From the NCBI GenBank assembly GCA_038059415.1, contig JBBTJN010000179.1, positions 1-54,153 of the forward strand: a stretch of 54,153 nucleotides of DNA, written 5' to 3'. The stretch is from Elusimicrobiota bacterium (GTDB lineage Bacteria > Elusimicrobiota > Elusimicrobia > UBA1565 > UBA9628). The position numbers were made by a program, and so were the translations under genes. Below the pieces are notes generated by a model. That model was not told where the DNA came from, searched no databases, and worked only from the letters and a program-made list of their open reading frames with translations. This document shows positions 35,700 to 45,263 of the stretch, in pieces. Every line of letters starts with the position of its first letter. Position 1 is the first letter of the stretch.

Positions 35700-36080
35700 T
35701 CATGCCGGCTTTTGCGGCGCGCGAAATGCCTGGGCAATCGCCGCCTCAAGGGCCGGCCAACCTCCCGACTTGGTCGCGTAGGCCTTGGCGCCGGAAGCGG
35801 AGATTCGATCAGCGGCTCGGCCGTCAATCAAGGCGCTCACGGCGATCATGCGCGCGTCGGGATCCAGTTTCAGCACCTCTCGTATGGTGTCGATGCCGTT
35901 TTCACCGTCGAGCATGAGGTCTACGGTAACCAAATCGGGCTTCGTCATCCTGTAAAATTCCACGGCTTCGCGGGTGCCTTCAGCTTCACCGATCACGGTG
36001 TGGCCATGATCTTCCAGCATCTTCTTCAGCAATTTTCGCGCGTAGGGGGCATTATCAACGACCAGAATTGTATATGACAT
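35700..36080 (-). CDS. cheY: CheY-like response regulator
   Basis: ILVVDN, VTVDLML, VSA, K. Confidence 0.8.
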   Translation of the reverse strand: MSYTILVVDNAPYARKLLKKMLEDHGHTVIGEAEGTREAVEFYRMTKPDLVTVDLMLDGENGIDTIREVLKLDPDARMIAVSALIDGRAADRISASGAKAYATKSGGWPALEAAIAQAFRAPQKPA

Positions 36081-36083
36081 GGT

Positions 36084-36281
36084 TTAGAATAGCTTATTTC
36101 CCGGTATGAGACCCATCGCGGGCCCCGGCCTCCGGGGATCGAACTGATAAGGCGTGCCGACCGAGCCGTGGCACTGGGCGCAATGGCGCGCGTAAACGTC
36201 CTGCCCTCGGACGGAAGCATGGGCGGACGCCGGAACAAAAAGCGCCGCCGAGGAAAAGACGAGCGTCGCGAGGCTAATCAT
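36084..36281 (-). CDS. Short or truncated exported c-type cytochrome-like protein
   Basis: Signal peptide ending AHA, then GQDVYARHCAQCHG (class I cytochrome c G..vY...CxxCHG); start overlaps the cheB stop. Confidence 0.65.
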   Translation of the reverse strand: MISLATLVFSSAALFVPASAHASVRGQDVYARHCAQCHGSVGTPYQFDPRRPGPAMGLIPGNKLF

Positions 36282-37356
36282 CGCCGTTTCCGACGCCGCC
36301 GCTGACGCCGAACTGCGCCAACGCCGGAGAAAATTCCTCGGGCTTGCAGACTCGAGTCGCGACTCCCGCTTTCAAACACGCCTCCGGCATCGAAGGTGCC
36401 GCGGCCGTGCGCGGATCCTGCACCCATACCTCCCCCCCCTTGTCCCGGATGGCGCGCGCACCCTCCACGCCGCCCTCTCCCATGCCGGACAAGACGATGC
36501 CGACGGCTTTGCGCCCAAAACACTCCGCCACGGATTTTAAAAATGCATCGTGGTTCGGCTGAAGCGGAATCTGCCACTCGGTGAAGGTCTTGACCTTCTC
36601 CAGCCGGGATATCCGCCCGCACGAAGTCTTTTGAAGAAGAAGCGTTTTATCCGTGGGCGATAAAAGAATGACCCCCTCCCGCACGACCTCGCCGCCCTGC
36701 GCCAACTTGACGGGGAGCAGGACCTTGCTCGCCAGGGAAGCGACGAAATGAGTCCACACCGGCCCATACATATGCTGCGCGACCAAGACGCCGGCCGGAA
36801 GGTTGGGAGGCAATTTCAGCAGAATATCCCTGAGAATCTCGACGGCGCCGGTGGAGGAAATGATCCCGACGCCCCTGCGCGCCGCCCAAGCTTTCTCGCG
36901 TCCGAGAACATGCTTGCGCGTTTCAAGATAATCGATTATCAGCTTATCTGAAGAGGTGCCCGCGGCCCGGGTGATGAGTTCCCTCAGCGATTGCGCAATC
37001 ACTTGCATTTCGGGAAGCGTCCGGGGCTTGACTAAAACCATAAGGGCGCCGTGCTCGTAACACTCCAGAAAAATCTCGCTGTCGGAGGGACAATACACCG
37101 AGGAAAACATTATGACCGGCACGGGCGCCTGCCTCATGATCTCGTCGAGAAGAGCGACCCCGTCCTGCGGGGGCAGGAACAGATCAAGCAGCAGCACGTC
37201 CGGCCTGTCGTTGCGGATGGCCGGCAGGACGGAGGCTCCGTCGAGGATCTGCCCCGTGATCCGCACGCCCATGGCGGGCGTGAAAACCTGCGGGATCCAC
37301 GCCTGGAACGAAGCGGAAGAATCCGCGACGAGCATCTTGTACGCGGGGCTCGTCAT
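36274..37356 (-). CDS. cheB: CheB-like protein, atypical active site
   Basis: REC domain plus ISSTGA, AQHM, LSGMGEGG (catalytic Asp position is Gly) and QDP..A..PSMP. Confidence 0.85.
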   Translation of the reverse strand: MTSPAYKMLVADSSASFQAWIPQVFTPAMGVRITGQILDGASVLPAIRNDRPDVLLLDLFLPPQDGVALLDEIMRQAPVPVIMFSSVYCPSDSEIFLECYEHGALMVLVKPRTLPEMQVIAQSLRELITRAAGTSSDKLIIDYLETRKHVLGREKAWAARRGVGIISSTGAVEILRDILLKLPPNLPAGVLVAQHMYGPVWTHFVASLASKVLLPVKLAQGGEVVREGVILLSPTDKTLLLQKTSCGRISRLEKVKTFTEWQIPLQPNHDAFLKSVAECFGRKAVGIVLSGMGEGGVEGARAIRDKGGEVWVQDPRTAAAPSMPEACLKAGVATRVCKPEEFSPALAQFGVSGGVGNGDD

Positions 37357-38180
37357 GCGCCTATTTTCTTGAAAATGCTCGACTGGCCGGACAGCGTCTC
37401 GAATAAGCCCTGGTTATTCTCCCCAATAAGCACCTCGCTCGCCCCTAAAACGAATATCCCTCCGGGAACCAAGGCCGCGTGGAAGTTGCGCAGCGCCTCC
37501 GCCTTGGCCTCCTTCGTTAAATATATCAGGGAGTTGCGGCAGGAGATAAAGTCCACGTGCCGGCCCATCAACGGGGTCAAATAGCTGTGCTCGACGAATT
37601 GGACCATGCTCGTGACCGCCGGAGAAACTTGGACATATCCATCCTTCTTTGAAAAATATACTTTCGTGCGATGCTCGGAGACCTTGGCGATGGAAGCCTC
37701 CGGGTAACGCGCGGTTTTGGCGCGGGCCAATGAAACCGGATCCACGTCGCTGGCGATGATCTTGACCTCGGGTTTCTTCCTGATAAGCCGCAACAGCTCA
37801 AGGATGATGATGGCGATGGTGTACGGCTCTTCACCGCCCGCGCAGCCCGCGGACCATATGCGGACCGGCTCTCCGGCCCTCGACAACAACGGCTCGAATA
37901 CGTTGGCGGCCAGATACTCCCAAACGGCGACGTCCCGAAAAAACTCGGTGACGTTGATCGTCAACCTGTCGAAGAGATCATCGAGCTCCTCCGGCCTCTT
38001 CTTGATGATCGCTTCGTACTTGGCGATATCGCCATCCATGATATTGACGGCGATCAATCGATTTTCAACGTGTCTTCGGATAAACGTGCGGCGATAATCG
38101 TGGAAATTCAGTCCGCGCCTGACCCGCAGCCTCTCGATGAGGCTGTCAAGCGCGGCATCCGAAAGTCCCGGGGAGCCCAC
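37353..38180 (-). CDS. cheR: Chemotaxis methyltransferase CheR
   Basis: INVTEFFRD, WSAGCAGGEEPY, ASDVD, CRNSLIY. Confidence 0.95.
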   Translation of the reverse strand: MGSPGLSDAALDSLIERLRVRRGLNFHDYRRTFIRRHVENRLIAVNIMDGDIAKYEAIIKKRPEELDDLFDRLTINVTEFFRDVAVWEYLAANVFEPLLSRAGEPVRIWSAGCAGGEEPYTIAIIILELLRLIRKKPEVKIIASDVDPVSLARAKTARYPEASIAKVSEHRTKVYFSKKDGYVQVSPAVTSMVQFVEHSYLTPLMGRHVDFISCRNSLIYLTKEAKAEALRNFHAALVPGGIFVLGASEVLIGENNQGLFETLSGQSSIFKKIGA

Positions 38181-38182
38181 GT

Positions 38183-39754
38183 CTATTTCGCGCGCAGCTT
38201 AAAGTTCTGCACGATGCCGTTAAGCGTGTCCGACATGGACTGAAGCTCCATGCTCGCCGTGTACGTCTTGTTGGCGTCTTCCGTGAAGCCCTGGCTCAAA
38301 TTCGACACCATCTCGACGCTCGCCGAGATCTCCTCGGTCGTCGCCGAGTGCTCCTCGGCCGCCGCCGCGATCTGCGAGACCATGTCCGTCACCTGGCCGA
38401 CCATCACCACGATGCGCCGCAGCGACTCGCCGGCGCGGCTGGAGAGCTCGACGCCGCGCGTCACCTCTTTGCCGCCCTCCTCCATCGAAAGGACCACGCC
38501 CTTGGTGTCCTGCTGGATCGTGCCGATCATGTCGGCGATCTCCTTGGTCGCCTGCGTCGTGCGCTCGGCCAGCTTGCGCACCTCGTCGGCCACGACGGCA
38601 AAGCCCCGTCCCTGATCGCCCGCGCGCGCCGCCTCGATGGCCGCGTTGAGCGCCAGCAGGTTGGTCTGGTCGGCGATGTCCTCGATGACCTTGATGATCG
38701 CCCCGATCTGATCGGAGGACTTGCCCAGCGCGTGCACGACCGACGTCGAAGCCGCCACCGCCTTCGAGATGATCTGCATGCCGTGAACGGTCTGCTCCAC
38801 GACCTCGCCGCCGCCCTTGGCCTCCGCGGCCGCCTGCTTGGCCGCCTCGGCCGCGCGCTGGGAGTTGCGCGCCACTTCCGCCACGGTCCTATTGAGCTCG
38901 CCCAGGGCCTTGGAGACCTGACCGGTTTGATTGGACTGCTTGGACGCCGAATCCTTCATCCTCGTGGCCGATTCGCCCATCCCTTTGGCCGATTTCGTCA
39001 AAATACCCGTCGTGTCCAGCAGGCGTTGGATGATGTCGTTGAGCCGCGCCGTAAACGCGTTGAAGCACTTCGCCAGCAGCCCCAACTCGTCGCCGCGATC
39101 GACTTCCAATGTCTGGGTCAGATTCCCCTCGCCGATATCGTTGCCGAAGGTGATGAGGGACTTGATTTGATTCACCGTCGAGGTCGTGAATGAATACGTG
39201 GGCAGAATGATCACGAGGAAAACCACGACGGCCGCGATGACGGAGATCAGGATGCCTCGGTTCAGCGCCTTGTTCGTCTGCGTGTCGAAAATCTCGATCA
39301 ACTCCGCGGCGCTTTTCTGGAGGTTTTCCCCCGCCAGGTGATAGTTGTCGATATAGCTGTTGCCGACCACCCGGTCGTATTTGATGTAAGCTTCCGCCGT
39401 TTCCGCGCCTTTAGTCTGGAAGTCGTTGAACAGCTTCTCGAGTTCGACGATGCGGCCCAGCGTGGCCGCGTCGTTCTTGTAGGCGACGCGCAAGGCGTCC
39501 AGGGTCGCCTTGGCGCCGTCGGCGGACTTGGTGATTCTGTCCTTGGATTCCGCCTTCCAAGTCAACGCGTAATCGGTGGACCAGATAACGAGGTCGTTGA
39601 CGAACTCGCGCATCTGTATCATTTTACGAGAGTCGCTCACGGAGGCCTTGACGTTGCTGGACGTGTAAGTGTTGTAACCTAGAACGGTGACGACGATCGC
39701 GATAATGATGCCGGCTCCCAACATGATCTTTCCGATCAGCATGCGCTCTTTCAT
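38183..39754 (-). CDS. Methyl-accepting chemotaxis protein (TM, helical sensor, TM, HAMP, MA), copy 1
   Basis: [11 protein letters not shown] (HAMP); [40 protein letters not shown]. Confidence 0.95.
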   Translation of the reverse strand: MKERMLIGKIMLGAGIIIAIVVTVLGYNTYTSSNVKASVSDSRKMIQMREFVNDLVIWSTDYALTWKAESKDRITKSADGAKATLDALRVAYKNDAATLGRIVELEKLFNDFQTKGAETAEAYIKYDRVVGNSYIDNYHLAGENLQKSAAELIEIFDTQTNKALNRGILISVIAAVVVFLVIILPTYSFTTSTVNQIKSLITFGNDIGEGNLTQTLEVDRGDELGLLAKCFNAFTARLNDIIQRLLDTTGILTKSAKGMGESATRMKDSASKQSNQTGQVSKALGELNRTVAEVARNSQRAAEAAKQAAAEAKGGGEVVEQTVHGMQIISKAVAASTSVVHALGKSSDQIGAIIKVIEDIADQTNLLALNAAIEAARAGDQGRGFAVVADEVRKLAERTTQATKEIADMIGTIQQDTKGVVLSMEEGGKEVTRGVELSSRAGESLRRIVVMVGQVTDMVSQIAAAAEEHSATTEEISASVEMVSNLSQGFTEDANKTYTASMELQSMSDTLNGIVQNFKLRAK

Positions 39755-39909
39755 ACTTCCCCCTGAAACCTGCGTAGCGTCCCGTGCACTTCAGCGCCCA
39801 TGACATAAAGCCACCGAGGCGCAAAGACACGAAGAACACGCTTTGGGTCGTGCCTGCGGTTCCCGTTGTGCCCCCGTGGTCATATGCCTTTAATCGATCA
39901 ACAGAGCCA

Positions 39910-39947
39910 ACTGAAGCCCGCCTGGCCCGAGCCTGGCGGGCTTCAGT
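39910..39947. other. Strong intergenic hairpin (REP-like or mRNA stabiliser/attenuator)
   Basis: Perfect 13-bp stem ACTGAAGCCCGCC / GGCGGGCTTCAGT, 18 bp past the DUF3365-like stop; no long U-tract. Confidence 0.6.
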
Positions 39948-39965
39948 CCGGCATGACCCTCCGAT

Positions 39966-40718
39966 TTATTCCTTGATGGTGAAGCTCAGCGCCGCGCCGG
40001 GCGCCCCGTCCTTGAAGCCATCCTTCAGACCGCCCGAGATGTCGCGCTCGCCCTTCGGCTCGCCATGACATTTCAGGCACCCGGCCTCTTCCGTGTAGTA
40101 CTCGGGTTTTATGTAGCGCAGAGTCCCGTCGACCACCTCGGAAATGGCTTTCCCCTTCGGGTAGCCCGGGTCCATGAACTTCTCGATGCTCTTCCTTTCC
40201 CACGAGTCGGGCGCATTCTTCACGTTGCGCACGATGAGCGCGGTGGTCTTGCCCGTGATACCGCTGCCCTGCTGGTTGAATATCTCAAAGGCTTTGCGGG
40301 CAAAAAGCGCCGGCAGGAACCCCTTGAAACCCATGCCTTTTTTGTTGATTAAGCCCTGGGCGTCGGTGAGGACCGTCCGCTGAGCCTCCAGCAGGCTCTC
40401 CATGCTCTTGCCGCTCAACCCCCCTTTCTTGATCTCCTTGTTCAGATCGATTTTCTCCTCCAACAACATCGCCTTGAGCGTTGCGGTAAACGAGTCCGCC
40501 GTGAAGCCCTTGGCCTCTTTCGTAGGGTCATTGATCAATGTCTGGTTAGAGGAAACGATCTTGCGGCCCAAGCTCGCCACGCGTTCGACCTTTTTCACCA
40601 CTTCAAGCTTATTGTCAGCTCCCTTGTCAGCTCCCTTCTGAGCGCGAAGACCCTCGACGCCCGACAGACTGATCGCCAGGACCAGCAGTCCCGTCCGCCA
40701 TTGAACCAACTTTTTCAT
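39966..40718 (-). CDS. Exported DUF3365 / Tll0287-like c-heme protein
   Basis: Signal peptide; KGFLPALFAR, RNVKNAPDSWE, LRYIKP, CLKCHGEP, G.K.G...GALSF match the Tll0287-like pattern with CxxCH. Confidence 0.8.
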   Translation of the reverse strand: MKKLVQWRTGLLVLAISLSGVEGLRAQKGADKGADNKLEVVKKVERVASLGRKIVSSNQTLINDPTKEAKGFTADSFTATLKAMLLEEKIDLNKEIKKGGLSGKSMESLLEAQRTVLTDAQGLINKKGMGFKGFLPALFARKAFEIFNQQGSGITGKTTALIVRNVKNAPDSWERKSIEKFMDPGYPKGKAISEVVDGTLRYIKPEYYTEEAGCLKCHGEPKGERDISGGLKDGFKDGAPGAALSFTIKE

Positions 40719-40733
40719 CTTATCCCCCTTGAT

Positions 40734-42311
40734 TTATGCCGATTCTCGCAGCTTAAAGTTCTGCACGATGCCGTTAAGCTTGTCCGACATGGACTGAAGC
40801 TCCATGCTCGCCGTGTACGTCTTGTTGGCGTCTTCCGTGAAGCCCTGGCTCAAATTCGACACCATCTCGACGCTCGCCGAGATCTCCTCGGTCGTCGCCG
40901 AGTGCTCCTCGGCCGCCGCCGCGATCTGCGAGACCATGTCCGTCACCTGGCCGACCATCACCACGATGCGCCGCAGCGACTCGCCGGCGCGGCTGGAGAG
41001 CTCGACGCCGCGCGTCACCTCTTTGCCGCCCTCCTCCATCGAAAGGACCACGCCCTTGGTGTCCTGCTGGATCGTGCCGATCATGTCGGCGATCTCCTTG
41101 GTCGCCTGCGTCGTGCGCTCGGCCAGCTTGCGCACCTCGTCGGCCACGACGGCAAAGCCCCGTCCCTGATCGCCCGCGCGCGCCGCCTCGATGGCCGCGT
41201 TGAGCGCCAGCAGGTTGGTCTGGTCGGCGATGTCCTCGATGACCTTGATGATCGCCCCGATCTGATCGGAGGACTTGCCCAGCGCGTGCACGACCGACGT
41301 CGAAGCCGCCACCGCCTTCGAGATGATCTGCATGCCGTGAACGGTCTGCTCCACGACCTCGCCGCCGCCCTTGGCCTCCGCGGCCGCCTGCTTGGCCGCC
41401 TCGGCCGCGCGCTGGGAGTTGCGCGCCACTTCCGCCACGGTCCTATTGAGCTCGCCCAGGGCCTTGGAGACCTGACCGGTTTGATTGGACTGCTTGGACG
41501 CCGAATCCTTCATCCTCGTGGCCGATTCGCCCATCCCTTTGGCCGATTTCGTCAAAATACCCGTCGTGTCCAGCAGGCGTTGGATGATGTCGTTGAGCCG
41601 CGCCGTAAACGCGTTGAAGCACTTCGCCAGCAGCCCCAACTCGTCGCCGCGATCGACTTCCAATGTCTGGGTCAGATTCCCCTCGCCGATATCGTTGCCG
41701 AAGGTGATGAGGGACTTGATTTGATTCACCGTCGAGGTCGTGAATGAATACGTGGGCAGAATGATCACGAGGAAAACCACGACGGCCGCGATGACGGAGA
41801 TCAGGATGCCTCGGTTCAGCGCCTTGTTCGTCTGCGTGTCGAAAATCTCGATCAACTCCGCGGCGCTTTTCTGGAGGTTTTCCCCCGCCAGGTGATAGTT
41901 GTCGATATAGCTGTTGCCGACCACCCGGTCGTATTTGATGTAAGCTTCCGCCGTTTCCGCGCCTTTAGTCTGGAAGTCGTTGAACAGCTTCTCGAGTTCG
42001 ACGATGCGGCCCAGCGTGGCCGCGTCGTTCTTGTAGGCGACGCGCAAGGCGTCCAGGGTCGCCTTGGCGCCGTCGGCGGACTTGGTGATTCTGTCCTTGG
42101 ATTCCGCCTTCCAAGTCAACGCGTAATCGGTGGACCAGATAACGAGGTCGTTGACGAACTCGCGCATCTGTATCATTTTACGAGAGTCGCTCACGGAGGC
42201 CTTGACGTTGCTGGACGTGTAAGTGTTGTAACCTAGAACGGTGACGACGATCGCGATAATGATGCCGGCTCCCAACATGATCTTTCCCATCAACATTCGA
42301 TTCGTACCCAT
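40734..42311 (-). CDS. Methyl-accepting chemotaxis protein, copy 2
   Basis: Same motifs as copy 1; ATG 42311 has an upstream GGGGAG. Confidence 0.95.
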   Translation of the reverse strand: MGTNRMLMGKIMLGAGIIIAIVVTVLGYNTYTSSNVKASVSDSRKMIQMREFVNDLVIWSTDYALTWKAESKDRITKSADGAKATLDALRVAYKNDAATLGRIVELEKLFNDFQTKGAETAEAYIKYDRVVGNSYIDNYHLAGENLQKSAAELIEIFDTQTNKALNRGILISVIAAVVVFLVIILPTYSFTTSTVNQIKSLITFGNDIGEGNLTQTLEVDRGDELGLLAKCFNAFTARLNDIIQRLLDTTGILTKSAKGMGESATRMKDSASKQSNQTGQVSKALGELNRTVAEVARNSQRAAEAAKQAAAEAKGGGEVVEQTVHGMQIISKAVAASTSVVHALGKSSDQIGAIIKVIEDIADQTNLLALNAAIEAARAGDQGRGFAVVADEVRKLAERTTQATKEIADMIGTIQQDTKGVVLSMEEGGKEVTRGVELSSRAGESLRRIVVMVGQVTDMVSQIAAAAEEHSATTEEISASVEMVSNLSQGFTEDANKTYTASMELQSMSDKLNGIVQNFKLRESA

Positions 42312-42331
42312 AAATTTCTCCCCAGCCGTCT

Positions 42332-43399
42332 TTACATGACTTCCCGACGCCTCGTCTGCTTCCACTTGATCCAAAGCTCTCCCGTCTCCGTGAGCAATTC
42401 CACGGATCTTGCCTGCGATCCCCCCAAGTCCTCGCCGGAGAGACGGACTCCGTTGCGCTTAAGCTCCACGCGCAGCACCTCGGCGTTTCTCGCGCCGATG
42501 GTGCCGCTCAAAATAGATCCCTGCGGCATGATCATATCCGCGCCGCCCACCAGCCATGAGGAAACCTTCGTCTTGGAACGCATCGTTTTCAGCAACGCCG
42601 TCACCGCCGTATCGGCATACTTGCCGGGTCTTGCGATGCCCGAATCCTCGGAGGGGCACTTCGGCAACAGCACATGAGCCATCCCCCCCTTCTTTTGATG
42701 AGCATCATACATCGCGACGACGACGCATGACCCTAAATCCGTCGCCTTCAGGACCATCGGGGCGCTGACCGTCTCCAACGCCCCGATACCAACCGAAACC
42801 GTCATCGCTTTTCCCCGAAGCGCCCACAAGCGGACATTCTCCAAAGAGTCGGGAGATAGCGCGAGAATAAATTGGCCGAATTTCGGCACAAGTTCCCACG
42901 AAAAATCGACGAACATGACGACCCCGCTGCCGGAAACGCCTTGAGCCAGCATCAGCTTGCTCCACGACGTTAGCCACGGCCCCTGCTCGATCCTGGGAAC
43001 CGACGGGTATATCTCCATTCGCAGCGCCTTGCTCAACTCCGCCATCACTCCGTTGACTAAGATGTTCCCGGCCTCTTCCATGGCGGAGCCCATGAAATCC
43101 TTTAAGTTTCCAGGGGGCGGGATGCCGAGCTGCTTGAGGACCCGATCCATGAATTTTTCCGCGTTGGGAACCGAAAAGCTCAGCGCCGCCGTCCCGTAAA
43201 GATCGCCCTGCATCGACATAAACACGCTGTAAACGTTCTGTTCCGACGTGAACAACCCGATCGGCGGTTGGTTGAACGGAACGCGCAGCATCCCCCAAGT
43301 TTCCGGAGACACATGGCCGTTGAGCATGTTTCCCAGCCCGCGCGCGCCCTCCAGCGCCGCCTTCCCCAATGCCGACCGCACCCGATCTTCCTCGAGCAC
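42332..43399 (-). CDS. CheC-like / CheD fusion protein
   Basis: N-terminal CheC-like domain ([10 protein letters not shown]...LS..L...I.PSVP). C-terminal CheD ([30 protein letters not shown]). Start uncertain (GTG 43399 or ATG ~43450-43462). Confidence 0.85.
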   Translation of the reverse strand: MLEEDRVRSALGKAALEGARGLGNMLNGHVSPETWGMLRVPFNQPPIGLFTSEQNVYSVFMSMQGDLYGTAALSFSVPNAEKFMDRVLKQLGIPPPGNLKDFMGSAMEEAGNILVNGVMAELSKALRMEIYPSVPRIEQGPWLTSWSKLMLAQGVSGSGVVMFVDFSWELVPKFGQFILALSPDSLENVRLWALRGKAMTVSVGIGALETVSAPMVLKATDLGSCVVVAMYDAHQKKGGMAHVLLPKCPSEDSGIARPGKYADTAVTALLKTMRSKTKVSSWLVGGADMIMPQGSILSGTIGARNAEVLRVELKRNGVRLSGEDLGGSQARSVELLTETGELWIKWKQTRRREVM

Positions 43400-43427
43400 A
43401 CCCCAAGACGAGTGTTCCGAGGATAAG

Positions 43428-45263
43428 CTACTCAAAAAATACCCGCGCATCGGTGCCGTCATAAAGCGGCGGGCGTAAAACGTCTTGCCTCGTCCGCGCC
43501 GGCGCCGCAATCGGAGTCGACGAGAACTCCGGGATGACTTCAGCCTTATCTCCATGCTGAACCAACGCGTTCAGGTCGACCGCGCGATCGTTGAGCCGGA
43601 AATACCGATGACTCCTCTCGGTCGGAGTCAACACATCACGCAGCCGGGTCCCCTCTATCGTCAAGCGCATCCGGTCGGACAGAGGCTCGGTGCAATCGAC
43701 CAAACGGCCGTTGGAAACAACCCGGACCGCGATGTCTCGGAGATGCCCGTTGACGGCCAGCATGCGACGAACGTTCCCGAGGGCATCCCCGACGGTGCCC
43801 GCCGCCTCCTCATGCTCGCAAGCCGCGACAAAACTGATCCGATCTCCCGCCGCGATCGGGGTATTGGAATCAACCGGCATCCCATTGAGCTCGACGCGGG
43901 CCGGAGAGACCGCTCGCGCCTGGAAAATACGGAACTCCCCATTCACCGTATATGTCTTGGAGACCCCCGGCCAACCGAATATTTTCTTTGCCGCAATCCC
44001 CGAAGCCATCAAAGCCGAGAGCACGGTCATCGGACGGCCGATGTCCAGCAGAAAAAACCGTTTGTCGTTGATGAATATCTTCTTAAAACAAACGCCCCCC
44101 TCAACGGACGCCACCTCGGCGATGCCCAGAGGAGTGGCCGTTTCCGGTCCCAAGGACCCGCCATGCATGTCTTTAAACGTGCGCATTCCTTCCGGGGAAC
44201 GAATCCCTACTCGTTGAAGTGGAATCTCAAGGGCTTGCGCCAGCATCTCCAGCAAGCCCGGGGTCCGACTCCCGCCGCCGACGCAGAGGACCCCTTGGGG
44301 AGCTTTCCCGCCGCTGAGCTCCAGAATGCCGCCCGCAATCCTCGAGGCAAGCTCCGCCACGGCGGGAGCGATGGCGCCTCGCACTTCCTGGCTGGTCAAC
44401 CGCAACGGCTGCTGAAAAATGTCCGCCGCCTTGATGACTCCCCCGCCGCTGATCTCGCGCTTCATCTTTTCCGCTTCGTTGAACTCCAACAGGAATTGGC
44501 CGCAAATCCTTTCCGTGATCGAATCCCCGGCGTAAGGCACCATGGCGAAGGCGCAGACCGCGCCCTCGGACACCAATGCGATGTCGGAAGTCCCGGCTCC
44601 GATATCGACAAGAGCCAAATCCAAGCGGCGCAAATCCGGGCTGATCGTCGCCTGAAGGGCGGCGATAGGCTCAAGCGTCACCGAGGCGACCTCAAGACCC
44701 GCCGACTCCAGCACGTCGATCTGGCTCTCCAACACCTGCCGCGGCAAAAATGTCGCGAGGACTTCGACTTCAAGACGATCTCCCTGATGACCGACGGGTT
44801 GGGCGATCGCGATGCCTTCCAGGAGATACCGCCGGACCACGTAGCCGACGCAGGAATGCTGAATTTTTGACTGATCGTTGGCGGTCTTCCGCCCCAGCCG
44901 GCGCAACGCCGATTCCAGAGCGTCGAAAGTCAACTGCTCCACGTCCCCGGTCTCCAAGACCCGATCCTTGGGACAATTCATGGCCGCATTTCCCACGACC
45001 GTCTTCAGATTTCTTCCCGCCACGGCGACCGCCACATCCCGCAGTTCCAGGCCGCTGCGCTCGGACAGGGCCCGTACCACCTGCCGAACGACCTGCGTCA
45101 CTTTCGGCACGTCCTGAATCTGGCCGGCGCTCATCGCTCGGGTGGGATGCTCCTGGGTCTCGCTCTCTAGAATCTCCAGCATGTCTCCCCGCCGCTCGGC
45201 AACGACCCCCATCACTTTACGCGTACCGATGTCGAGCGCGAAAATCGTGCGTGATTGCATCAC
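43428..45263 (-). CDS. FtsA/PilM-family actin-like ATPase with C-terminal ThiS/ubiquitin-like repeats
   Basis: ALDIGTRKV, LEPIAA, VDIGAGTSD, AEKMK, VGGGS. The tail has repeated (V/L)NG...D.xxP...GD.I motifs. Start overlaps the cheA stop. Confidence 0.85.
   Translation of the reverse strand: MMQSRTIFALDIGTRKVMGVVAERRGDMLEILESETQEHPTRAMSAGQIQDVPKVTQVVRQVVRALSERSGLELRDVAVAVAGRNLKTVVGNAAMNCPKDRVLETGDVEQLTFDALESALRRLGRKTANDQSKIQHSCVGYVVRRYLLEGIAIAQPVGHQGDRLEVEVLATFLPRQVLESQIDVLESAGLEVASVTLEPIAALQATISPDLRRLDLALVDIGAGTSDIALVSEGAVCAFAMVPYAGDSITERICGQFLLEFNEAEKMKREISGGGVIKAADIFQQPLRLTSQEVRGAIAPAVAELASRIAGGILELSGGKAPQGVLCVGGGSRTPGLLEMLAQALEIPLQRVGIRSPEGMRTFKDMHGGSLGPETATPLGIAEVASVEGGVCFKKIFINDKRFFLLDIGRPMTVLSALMASGIAAKKIFGWPGVSKTYTVNGEFRIFQARAVSPARVELNGMPVDSNTPIAAGDRISFVAACEHEEAAGTVGDALGNVRRMLAVNGHLRDIAVRVVSNGRLVDCTEPLSDRMRLTIEGTRLRDVLTPTERSHRYFRLNDRAVDLNALVQHGDKAEVIPEFSSTPIAAPARTRQDVLRPPLYDGTDARVFFE

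Larger units (their letters stand above)
38193..42287. repeat. ~1,541-bp direct repeat (38193-39733 and 40747-42287; offset 2554)
   Basis: The two MCP genes appear identical across this span except for one visible substitution (38226 g vs 40780 t; Thr/Lys). Checked by eye and via the identical track translations. Confidence 0.9.

Noticed and set aside
38193-42287. MCP repeat as a DGR template/variable pair or a composite transposon
   Set aside because: No reverse transcriptase or transposase, no adenine-specific variation and no terminal inverted repeats.
43428-45263. Assigning gene symbol ftsA or pilM
   Set aside because: No dcw or pilMNOP context, and the long atypical C-terminus differs from both.
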